Positions 9,765 to 20,000 of a stretch of DNA of 20,000 nt are shown piece after piece. Below the pieces are notes generated by a model. It made no database searches. It saw only the letters and a program-made list of their open reading frames with translations, and was not told the origin of the DNA. Made by a program: the position numbers and the translations under genes. Source of the stretch: Cirrosporium novae-zelandiae (lineage: Eukaryota); contig JAPETS010000007.1 in NCBI GenBank assembly GCA_026023565.1, positions 915,974-935,973 on the forward strand, given 5' to 3'. How positions within the stretch are numbered: position 1 is the first letter of the stretch; each line of letters opens with the position of its first letter.

Positions 9765-12145
9765 TATAATATTTTTTCCTTTCCTTTTCTGTGGCAAGTC
9801 TGGTCTAGGGCCCTCGGCCCATGGGGTTGTTGGATTGGCTGGGTGAGAAACTCTTCGTTCTGATCCGAGGTGGCGACGTGCAGGACGCTTTTGTTAACTA
9901 GCAACTTGAATTTTTCTCTCTCCGGCGATCTTCGTGCTCAAGCCGAGGATCTAGTAGGATTAGTGATATTCTATATCTATATCATGATTAATATCTATTT
10001 TATTTCACCCTGGAAAAAGTGTTGATTCATGTTATCGGTTTATGCGATTTCTAGCTAAGGGCTTCGTTTGATAAGTAGGATGAACTTTAACCAACAACCA
10101 TCTAGATGACTGTAGTCACCTTGAGGCCTGCGAGGCAGCAGACCTACGGGTAGGCACTTGATAGATGAATCAGAGAGTCCACCTAGCGGGGCTGGACGAG
10201 CCCGGTGATTATATGCGTTAGATGCTATGCATTTATGACGTAGATTAAGGTGATTTATCCAGTAACTCGAGAGGTCTGGGAGTTCTGGAGGTTGTGTAAC
10301 ATACAGGGAATGCACCATGTATGTATAGCGTTTCTGGGTGGTTGTTATATGGGACCAGAATAATAACCGACAATTGCAACAGGAGAGCAATGTAGCCAAG
10401 GTTAGAGAGAAGAGATTGTAATCGAAAAGCTTTTCCGTCATTAGTACTGGAGCTCAGGGGTATTTTGGTGTAGCGTATCTAATGATCGCAAGCTCGTCGT
10501 ACAGTACATTGGATCCCGAAAGATTAGCCCCTGAAGCCTCGCTCATCTACTCAACTACCCCCGTTTTTGTCAATTATATAGATGCTAGTCCAGCTCAGAG
10601 AAGAAGAAATGTGAAGCTAGACCGTTGCGTCATTTCTATCTTCATAACTTCTCTTGTACAGTGTAGCGTAGATGACAGAAGCCTGATCCCATCGGGTGGC
10701 TTGGGCAACTACCTGAGGTGAAGGTCAGATATATGCTCAAGAAGATTCAAACCAGAGCATTATCCTTAGGGAGTTAATTCCTGGACGGCACGGGCTAAGC
10801 ATCATGGCAGGTTTGTTATACAACATATTATATTGTCTTAGCAGGTTCAAATTGTGTTTTGGCGGTTGAAAGTCTGATAACTGCAAGACGTCGTATCCTT
10901 GCTTATAGGATCGATAGGCAGACAAAGCTGAAAGAAATGGACGACTCTCATGGTGTTAAACTTGCAATATTGAAAAATGATAGCTTGTCATTGGGAACAA
11001 GCAGGAAGTGGTTATTTTTTTTCATTTCTTGGTGCTTCGGGAGATTAGCAGAGTACATTGATACTGTCTGGTGAAAACTCTACTATTTGAGAACTTGAGA
11101 GTAAGCCAAAGACGATAGACAAAGAAACCAAAAACACCGTGATTCAAATTCACGAGTCATAAGGAGAGCTAGAGATGCGAGAACATATTGAAACAAGACT
11201 GCATCTCTCAGGAATAGATGTTGGCAAAAGCAAGACAATTGCTATATCTAGCCATATCACTCTAGAACCTGTGGCACTGCTAATTCTGCAGGACTTGAAA
11301 GCATCCTCGTTAGTTAAACTATTTCAAAAAAGGAGAAGGATTAGGTTAAATGTGCTTGACTTGACCATGGGCGTTGGATGGCGAGGTTTGGTCTAAAAAT
11401 AAGAATCGGGAGTGGCTGTAAGGTTAAGCGAGGGTAAGCCATAGCGGATAAATGCAGGGATCTCGATACCATATTAGGTAAGAATTCATTCCTTAGGCAT
11501 CAAATTCTCCGTTTAACTGGTCTGTCCTCTGATGATCTTGCCCCGTGATGTACCCTAAACACACTTAACACCAACCTAACACAACTTAGCTACCTAGTAA
11601 CTACCCAGGTACTAGCTTTTCATTGTCACAATGCCCACCCAAAACTTTCTGAAGATCCTAACTATCAGTTTAGCACCCCAGACCACCCAGTCTCGCACTT
11701 CTAGTACCTCCCGTTAACCCTCGTCAACCCCAATCATGCGGGTCATATCTCAATCCCCAACTTTCGGGCCTTTCCCCCTTCTTTCACTGCTCATCTGCAC
11801 AATCAGGACGTACGCCCTGACAGCCCTTTTCATTTGCCCTTAAATCAAATCCATTCCACCCGGCGCGTGGCGCAGGCAGAAAAGCTTTAATAGGCAGACT
11901 ATATTCGTAGGTTGAGACATACAATGTGACTGCCTGGCAGCTCCTATTAAACCCAGCTTGCTAATACGTTTTTTCTCGAATCAGAAGACATAGACCGTTG
12001 ATAGATCTACTGTATCATCTTTATTACTCCTCTTCTTCAAAACCACATTTCTTTAATATATATGGAGGGCGCCCATATTATATTTTTCATGATCCACTGA
12101 TGTATATGACCATTATACGGCCCAAAAATTCCACTTTCGACCGAG

Positions 12146-13542
12146 ATGTCCAGATCTTCGCCAGCTAGTGGACTCAATATCAAACAATTTGGATTAAGCG
12201 AAGTTTATCGCCCGGAGCATCCGCTTGTCGAGTATGTCCATTCTATTATCCATTTTTTACTACATATTTCGGAGAGAGCATAAAGCATGTGTCTATCATT
12301 TCATTCGTAACTTAAAGATTTATGACCGGAAATTTGCATCTAAATACTTGAACTCTTGCGCTTTGACTATGCGATGCCTAAAAATCATAAGGCATGATCC
12401 TTGAAGACATTGCTAACGGTTGCCTGGTTTTATAGTGTTGTCTTCGTCCATGGCCTCAACGGACATCCCGAGAAGACCTGGTCAACGAAAGATACCTTCT
12501 GGCCTAAAGATTTACTGCCGATAGCTGTTGAGGATACAAGAGCAAGAGTTTTAATGTATGGATATGATGCGAATGTAACAGCTTTTACAGATGGAACCTC
12601 GAAAGATCGAATCCACAATCATGCAGAACATCTTGTTGCTTCGTTATATGCCAATCGCTCTCTGCGAGAGAGACCAAAGGCTACTGAAAGACCAATTATA
12701 TTTGTGTGTCATTCCCTAGGAGGATTGGTAGTCAAAAGAGCTTTGATATACTCCAGTGGTCTCCATGTCAAGACGGCGCATTTGCGCTCTATTTATCTCT
12801 CGACATATGGCATCTTGTTCCTGGGCACTCCACACAAGGGTTCCGATATGGCGAAATGGGGTGCCATGTTGGAATCTATTTGCAGAGTTTCAATGCCGAC
12901 AAGTCTTGTCCATTCTCAACCACAGTTGCTTGAAGCATTGAAATCGAATAACGAGACCCTTCAGAACATTGATCGCCTTTTTGTAGACATGATGAGCAGA
13001 TATCACATATTTTTCTTTCACGAGGCTAAACCAAGCAGTTTAAAGATTGGCAAGAAATTCATCGTGGAAGAGGACTCCGCCGCTCCAACTCTCGAAGGCG
13101 TGGAGCGAATGGGAATCGAAGCAGATCACAGTCATATGTGTAAATTCGATGATGTCGATTCTCCTGGATATGAAGCTGTTGCAGAAGCCATCGTTCGTTA
13201 TGCCGAAGCAGCACCAAGCGTCATAGCACGTAGATGGAGGGAAGAACAAAAGCGTCGTTCAGACATGGCAAAGGCTGCGGCAATGGAAGCACTAGGAAGT
13301 ATGTTATCCCAAGTTCTGATTTGTGGTATTTGCAGGAGGTCTTCGTTATCACTAACAATCTTTTAGTTGATGTGACGGATCACCAATCTGCTTCCGAAGC
13401 TGCGCCCACGCCTTGGAATATATCTGAACCTGGCACTACTGGTAAGAAAAGAAGACCAACTCTACCTGCCCCTGACCACAGGAATGATCTGGATCAGTAT
13501 GAAGTTGAAGAACCTGAACCTGAATTTGTACGACGAACGTGA
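12146..13542 (+). CDS. Predicted short isoform of the same gene: hydrolase-only protein, 374 aa (exons 12146-12231, 12436-13298, 13367-13542)
   Basis: If the donor at 13442 is not used, exon 3 continues in frame as GKKRRPTLPAPDHRNDLDQYEVEEPEPEFVRRT to TGA at 13540-13542, followed by T/A-rich 3'-UTR-like sequence. Existence of this transcript is inferred, not shown. Confidence 0.5.
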
Positions 13543-16500
13543 TGGTTGTTCTAAATTGCCTACTTGCTTTACATACTTGATCTAGATCAGCCTATTTGTT
13601 CAGTTTTGCATTAAGCATACTAAAATTTTTACTTTACTATTGATATGTTAGGAGGTCAGTGTGCTGACCGGAATTCATGTTCGTAGGTAAAATAAAATAT
13701 TCTCCGAGCCCCGGCTCTACGCCTTCCTTGATTACTTCCAATATTCAGACCATTGCTTCAATTGAGCCTGATCCTTTGACGAGTGCCCCTCTGCTAGTCG
13801 CTCCCGATGGATTTCGTCCAAATGATGTATTCTTTGGAATGAATAGAGAGCTTGCGAAACTTCATAAGAAAATTTTTACATTAAGGAAAAGAGAAGTTGG
13901 AACATGCGCTGTCCTCATATGGTCAAGAACTGGAGCAGGCTCGGGAAAGACTCATTTGGCTAGACAATATGTCTTCACTCATCGCATGGATTTTCCCACT
14001 GGTACTTTCTGGGTTAACGCAAGGACGCGCGAATCCCTCTATAAATCTTATTGGGATATTGCACAACAGACTACGTTTCAGGACCTCCGCTCTTCGCCCA
14101 GTGGAACCAACCAGCAGATCGCTACAAATTTTATCGAAACTACCAAGAAGTGGTTTGAAAGCCGCGATAACTGGCTTCTTGTAATTGATGGTATTAGTCT
14201 TGAGACTGACAAAGATGTAGCCTTGCTACAAAGATTCCTGCCTGACAGCAAAAATAGCAGCCTTATCTACACTTCGCGTGACCGAAGCCTAGCTGGTATG
14301 CACCGTCTCCTTAATCCACTGGCTGTTAATGTAAAACCACTGGGAATAGAAGATGCTCGTGCACTCTTATTTCATGGTCTAGGCTTAAAACACCCGAATC
14401 AAGAGCATATCAAAAAGGCGACCGAAATCGTCCAGTACGTGGAATGTCTGCCACTAGCAATTCATGCAATCGCACATCGCCTCAACGCAACACGAAGACC
14501 GCTTGAAAAGTTTAATATCCTTTCTTATTCAACTGATGCAAGACTTGCCGTACTTTACCAGGGAATAATGCAAGATCTTTGGTCGTCCGGACACTATGAA
14601 GCACAGAGTCTAATTCATCTTCTCAGCTTTTACGACCACGAGGTTCCAGTAGCAATGCTGCAATTAGGAAAAAGGGCGTTGAAAGATTTGGAAATAGACA
14701 TACGATCCACCGAACATGGTGGGCTTCACAAGGACATGGAAACAACATTTGCAATTTTGATTAAATATGGCCTGATAGATCGCACGGCGATGAAGTATGA
14801 AACACCAGACCGCAGTGCGACAGGAAGTAGTCTGCACCAAAGCCTCGACAACTCCTCTACAGCGTCTGTTACCAGAACAATCGATATCCTCAAAACGCAT
14901 TCTGTTGTGCAAGGTTTCTTTCTCGACTCGCTGAAAGCTTCAGGCAATTTCTATGAATGGCTGAAAATTGCTACAAGAGTATTTTGCAGATCCTTTCAAA
15001 AGGCTACTTTGGATATTGAAGAAAGAGGAGGATCAGGACTGGTCAAAGATTATCGCGAATACGAGATCCATGGTGGCCGTTTGATGAGTCATTATCCAAA
15101 ATCTGCCAAAGTTATTCTGAAAGAGGACCTCCGCGAATACCAAACCCGGCTAGAAGCAGTCATGCACAAGATTAGCGAAGAGATCTCACGAGAAACCCCA
15201 CATTCGTCTCAAGAGAATGTACGTAGCCAGACATCCGTCTTTGATCGAACAAGCAGCATCTCTACGGGAGGACCTGATACCCCTGATAACATCAAGCATC
15301 TTTGGGACTCCACCCCTATCTTCGATGCAGATATGGTCCAAGTCGATTCACCTGGAAGTACTATTGACTTGGAGCACAGTATCAATCGAGGCAAGTTTCT
15401 GACAGCTCCTGTTAATGAAGATAAGGGGTACGAGTCCGAATGGGATGTTCCATCCGAAAAGGGAGGCAAGGAAAGTTTGTCAAATAGCATATCCGAGGAT
15501 TTAAAACGCTATTGGTTGCAACGATCCCGTCAGCCCAAGGACCTTGGCAGCTTCAGACCATCTCCTCTAAATACTCAAGTTACGAAGACCGTTGCATCTG
15601 GGGTACTAAACCGGTCACAGTCAGAACCAACCCAAGGGGTATCAGGAATATCACCTGCCGAAACTGTCCTTGCTGCGATGCGTCATGCAAGTCCTCCACC
15701 GACACGAGGTGGTCGCAAGGTCTCGCCTGGTAGCCATGGAGCTATGGGTTCCATTCGGCCGCTTGGGATCTCATCGCCTTTGAAAGAAGAACTTGAAGCT
15801 AGTGACCCGGCCTTACGCAATGCTAGGAATAAGTCCTCGCCAGCACTCACTCAAATAGCTCCGACCCATCACTCTTCTCCTAACTTCAGACCTTTGGATA
15901 TATACCCTACTTCAGCTCTCCCGGAAGTTTTGATTTCCGATGACCAACCCCACTACTTTCACCACATTCGTCACGCCTCTCACCCCCCACAACCACCACT
16001 TCCCATTGAAACAAACATTTCTATAAGTCGCCGACCGCGATCGTTTTCAAATTTTAATAGTCAACAATATCCTTACCCACCCGTCACTACCGCCGGGGTA
16101 CCAATTCAAAATCTGAATCAAACTGTTATGAATACGCATCCACTACCGTTTGTCATGCCAAGCGGATATACATCACAACCAATGAGCCGTGATCCATCTG
16201 GCGATCAAGCTCGCTTTTCACTTCCACAGTCGGAGCCCTATCCATTTCCACAAAACTTAGGAAGCCCACCAAATCTCAGCATTCCTCACGTGATGAATAG
16301 CAGGGAATCAAGCCACCTTACATTTGCTATTGGGGATTGGACCGATACACCTTCTTCTGGGGGTGTTGCGATGTCTCGCGACAATTCCGGCTCCGGGTCT
16401 GGGTACAGTAACGCAGAACTAGACCAACGTGGACGAGTTGGACGTCCAACACGTCACAGCATTATTGAAGCTCAGGAGCGACAGCAGAGAGATGCATTTA

Positions 16501-16682
16501 GACAACAGCACTCACAAGGCACCATTGGAATAGCAGGACAAGCGCCATATCCTAATATAAACATGATACCGACAGAAACAGATCCATTAGCCCTAGAAGC
16601 ATTACAAAGAGAGCTTTCACCAGAAGGAGAGAGGAACGGATTAGGAATTAACATCAGTGATAGCAGACTTGGCTCAGCATGA
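12146..16682 (+). CDS. NLR-like protein: N-terminal alpha/beta hydrolase (SesB/PGAP1/DUF676-like) + NB-ARC STAND NTPase + long disordered C-terminus ('LipA and NB-ARC domain' type), 1339 aa, 4 exons: 12146-12231, 12436-13298, 13367-13441, 13687-16682
   Basis: Hydrolase motifs DVVFVHGLNG, IIFVCHSLGG, FLGTPHKGS and ADHSHMCKF. NB-ARC motifs FFGMNREL, GAGSGKT, WLLVIDG, LIYTSRD, CLPLAI and KTHSVVQ. Introns GTATGT..GCTAAC..TAG (12232-12435), GTATGT..ACTAAC..TAG (13299-13366) and GTAAGA..GCTGAC..TAG (13442-13686) all preserve the frame (4020 nt). Confidence 0.88.
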
Positions 16683-17332
16683 CTGAAATCGCAACTAATG
16701 ATTTGATGGTTCAGAAAAGCATTTACGAGGGGGTCTGTATCATACCAGGAGTCTTGGAACTGACAGGCGCAATGAGGATTCGTTGAGCTGGCTCAACCAT
16801 TATATATTTGCATTTTGGATGGATGGTGCAATCAAAATATTCAGCATTTACGACGGCGTTTTTGGGGGGGGATAAGCAGACGAATCATCAACCCACAACT
16901 CCGAGGAAGATGTAATGTGTGTGCGTATGTGTATAACGCCTGAAGAATAATGTTGATGTTGGGGGGGAGATGATCATCATGTACATGTACAATATCTATT
17001 CATCAAAGATTCTCATCTCTGGGATGGTTTTATTTAATAATATTACCTTTTTTTTGTTAGAAAGACAAGCCGACACTCACTCACTCACTCTTACCTACTT
17101 ACCTACTTACCTAACTAAACTCATAAACCAAAAAGGGACGTGGGAGGGATATCCTATTCCTATCCGCCACTTTGAATGGATGAATGGATTAACCCACCCC
17201 CAGTGTTAGGTTAGGATATAAACTATAGTCTAACAGAATCTCAAAACAGTAAGGAGACCCCCCCCCCCCCATCAAAACTTTTTTTCATTTATAATTATTA
17301 ACAAACTTACAAACTTACAAAAATTACAAAAC

Positions 17333-18294
17333 CTATAAACTCGCTTTCCCCCTCCCCCTTACCCCTTCCTCCTCCTCCCCTTTATCCTCATCCACATCAT
17401 CATAATCGGGCACCTCCCCCACTTCCACCAAATCCACAACCATTATCCCCCCATATCCATTCAACCTCCTCCTCAACCTCCCACTAACCCCATAAACCCC
17501 CCTCCTAACCCGATTACTGCCCCCCAACGGTCTCAACCCCTCCAACCCCAACCAGGGATCAACCCTGATGCGATCCTCCCAAAACGCTTTTCTGGAAAAT
17601 AGGAAACTGTTTTGGGGGGGGATGTGGAGGGTTGCGACGGGTTGGAAGGGGTGGAAGGTTGGGGACCAGACTTTGCTAGCGGTTTCGGTTGGTTGGGTTG
17701 TGGGTTGGGTGGAAGGGGATTGGGGGGGTGGGGATTCTAGGAGTTGGAAGGAGAGGGTGTAAGTGGCTGGGTGGGTGGTGTGGAAGGTACGGAGGTGGGT
17801 GGAGAGGATGTTGGTTGGGGTTGTGGTTGTGGTTGAGTCGTTTGGGGATGGGGGGGGTACAGTTTCAGAAGCGAGGGATTTCTGAATTGGGGATTCGGGG
17901 GAGAGACGGTATTTAGCAACATAGTCACCAAAGCGGTATGGAGTCTGGCTGTAGTATGTCGTAGCTTCCAGCCACATATTTCTAACCTCATCGCGTGCCT
18001 TTTGGAGTGCTGTGTCTGTGCGCTCCTCCAGTGCTTTGTAGAGCGCGGGTTTGTCGGAGCCGTGTTTTAGACGGAGGGAGAGGATCTCGCGGGTTGTTTT
18101 TGCGTCCGAGAGCTCTAGGGCGGGCGTGCTGTTGAATTCTAGATCTTGCGTTGGGAGGGTTGGACTCGAGGGTGAGGGGGGAGAGAGTTTGGGGCCGTGG
18201 ACGTTGAAGATTTTCATGGCGAAGCCGCGGGGTTGGGGGATTCGGTCCTAGAGGGGCGGTGGGTGGGAGGGTTAGATTGGTGGGAGGTTTTTTT

Positions 18295-18330
<36 letters not shown>

Positions 18331-18842
18331 GCTGGGGAGGGGGGAGGGGTGGAAAGTGGGGAGATGAGCTGGGAAGAGGGGATGGATGGATAAGGATGTG
18401 ATGTCCATACATCAAGACCCGGGTCGCCTGGCTCGCTGCTGTAGCGACACACGACGGGATACTCGCCCCCGTGAGCGAACATGGTTTGCTTCAGGTGTTT
18501 GGGCAGGTCATCCGGGACGACAAGCGTGCCTTTCACGATGCCGTGAGTTCGTGCATGTGTTCCTGTGGCGATTAACGTCAGTCATATACAATTCATCAGC
18601 CATGTAATTGCTCCTGCTTGTAATAACAATGTTCAGTTTCGGTCAAGGTCTGTCTCACCGGTGTAACAATGCCGGTGGGTGTTGTATTGGACTTTCTGGA
18701 GCTTGTTTATTAGCTCCCCGATGGCTTTGATGTCTTCGGTCTCGTTTGGAGGGATCTTCTCGACGCCTTCGTCATCCCATCGCATGTAATGTCTATCTGC
18801 GAGGGGGGCGGGGTCATGGGTTTCCTTGTTGGTGTTATCCAT
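17333..18842 (-). CDS. Small catalase-like heme protein (catalase-related, y4iL-like subgroup), 416 aa, 3 exons: 18842-18659, 18562-18411, 18247-17333
   Basis: The spliced product has distal-His motif GTHARTHGIVKG, VCRYSSEPG, DDRIPQPRGFAMK, TQDLEFNS, YSQTPYRFGDYVAKY and the proximal-Tyr motif RPLGGSNRVRRGVY. Introns GTGAGA..ACTGAC..CAG (96 nt) and GTATGG..TCTAAC..TAG (163 nt) keep the frame. Confidence 0.88.
18297..18329. repeat. G33 homopolymer (C33 on the coding strand) inside intron 2 of the catalase-like gene
   Basis: Counted directly. It is preceded by a T9 run and surrounded by further G-runs. Confidence 0.9.
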
Positions 18843-18936
18843 TTTTTGATATGTTGATTATTCTGGAATATTCAAGGGGCACCGAGGATAATTATTGTAA
18901 TGCGCCTCTGGACCTGTAGTCTATCTGCTTGGCCCA

Positions 18937-18943
18937 TTTTATA
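18937..18943 (-). promoter_or_regulatory. Putative TATA box (TATAAAA) for the catalase-like gene
   Basis: TATAAAA on the minus strand about 95 bp upstream of the ATG at 18842 (context CAAAAAATG). Confidence 0.45.
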
Positions 18944-19958
18944 CAGCTGCCATAACCTGGGGTAAAAGTTACGAAGGCGGGGAAGCTCCAAGCTGCTTGC
19001 GGAGTATATCCAACAGTTCCCACCCCCCTCCCAAGGTTATCGCTACAAATATAAAGGGATAAGCATGAGATACCTCATCGTCTTGAACCTAGAATGGATC
19101 GAGCCCCCAGAAACCCAGCTCCAGAACACAAACATGTGGTGGATGAAGCGTAACTCGGTCGAGGGAGCATTAATTGCCGATGATGCCGTGTGAGATATTT
19201 GCTTTCAAACCTTGCGGACCCTCGACGATGAAAGTTGGGGAGCTGAGGCGATTGGCCGTTGGAACCTACTTCAACCAAGGTATTTTTTCAGTTTTACCCA
19301 TGAGAAGCCGTTAATATATCAGACTGGGCGGCTCTGTGAAGGTTCCTTCGATCTTGTTGCAGCCGTTGAGAAGTTTCGTAACATAGGTATTTCGTATATT
19401 TTCAATCCCGTCTCCGGGTCAATCCAAGGAAATTATATCATGAGGCTGATGCTATAGCATTAATATCGCTAACAACGTGAATTATTTAATACCACCTCAT
19501 AGTGAGAGTGGAATGCTGATATTGGCGGGGACAAGAAGGTGTTATATCACTTATAAAGTCACTGCTGGAAATGGCATTATTAACTAAACAGTTATCAGTC
19601 ATAGCTAAGTCGACCCCTTCCCCCTATAGAAACAGTCGAGAAAAATATCACGATAACACAAAAATCCAAGGCACTAATTACCTAGGTATTCTAACTTGCT
19701 TTGCTTGAAATGAAAAAAGAAAAGAGAAAGGGATTATCTACGTTAGACTAAACATATCTATTATCATTAGCTTTTAAGTCGCTGTTTTTTATTCATTCAT
19801 TATTTTGGTGGAGATATTCTGTAATATTTTTCAACTCAAAGTAAGAGGGGGGGGGGGGGGTTATATAAATATCTACCTAGGTAGGTAGTTAAACGGAACA
19901 TATATCTGCGAAGCCCTCACCCAGACACTGCCGCCCTAGCAGGGTGAGTTGGATAGTG

Positions 19959-20000
19959 CACGTGACCTCTCGCGCGACCCTCACCCTCTTCTTTTCCCAT
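19959..20000 (+). promoter_or_regulatory. Possible promoter of a gene beyond the window: E-box CACGTGAC, palindrome TCGCGCGA, pyrimidine tract
   Basis: Motifs seen directly. GTCACGTG (minus strand) is the known Cbf1/bHLH-type site and CT-rich tracts often precede fungal transcription starts. The downstream gene is not visible. Confidence 0.3.

Noticed and set aside
9800..11500. Long gene-free stretch with short ORFs (10055-10441, 10482-10721, 10859-11074, 11175-11396), possibly a decayed gene or transposon
   Set aside because: Partial hand translation showed no transposase, RT or other recognisable motif. BLASTX would be needed, so no pseudogene is claimed.
12401..13686. ORF-track starts at 12401 (signal-peptide-like MKTLLTVAWF) and 13677 (MFVG) as real starts
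   Set aside because: Both lie inside predicted introns next to branch point and acceptor motifs, and 12401 is a TTG. The apparent signal peptide is intron sequence.
13260..13800. Amyloid signalling motif (HET-s, sigma or PP type) linking the hydrolase and NLR as a two-gene system
   Set aside because: No G/N/Q-rich pseudo-repeat at the hydrolase C-terminus or NB-ARC N-terminus. In-frame splicing explains the link better.
17988..18408. Poly-proline protein segments in ORFs 17988-18536 and 18214-18408
   Set aside because: They come from translating the poly-C tract of catalase intron 2.
1..20000. CRISPR arrays, rRNA or prokaryotic operon/defence systems
   Set aside because: No repeat-spacer arrays or rRNA-like sequence were seen, and gene structure is clearly spliceosomal and eukaryotic.

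Overview
Eukaryotic, intron-containing DNA with GT-AG introns and CTAAC/CTGAC-type branch points, most consistent with a filamentous ascomycete (Pezizomycotina). Six spliced or single-exon genes can be built by hand: (1) an orphan gene of about 194-205 aa (1929-2629, +); (2) a 77-aa secreted Thr-rich, six-Cys peptide (4101-4334, -); (3) chaperonin CCT/TRiC subunit eta (5326-7222, -, 5 exons), head-to-head with (4) a mitochondrial enoyl-CoA/methylglutaconyl-CoA hydratase (7654-8686, +); (5) an NLR-like alpha/beta-hydrolase + NB-ARC gene (12146-16682, +); and (6) a small catalase-like heme protein (17333-18842, -). A TA-flanked MITE-like element of about 200 bp lies at 9562-9764. The most interesting signal is in the NLR-like gene. 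Its long third intron, if unspliced, reads in frame into a 33-codon tail and stop, so one locus could give either a free 374-aa hydrolase effector or a 1339-aa hydrolase-NB-ARC protein with no repeat sensor domain. The window also shows repeated sharp C-rich to G-rich strand-skew flips that reshape codon use and protein sequence. All calls come from motif recognition and manual splicing, with no database searches.
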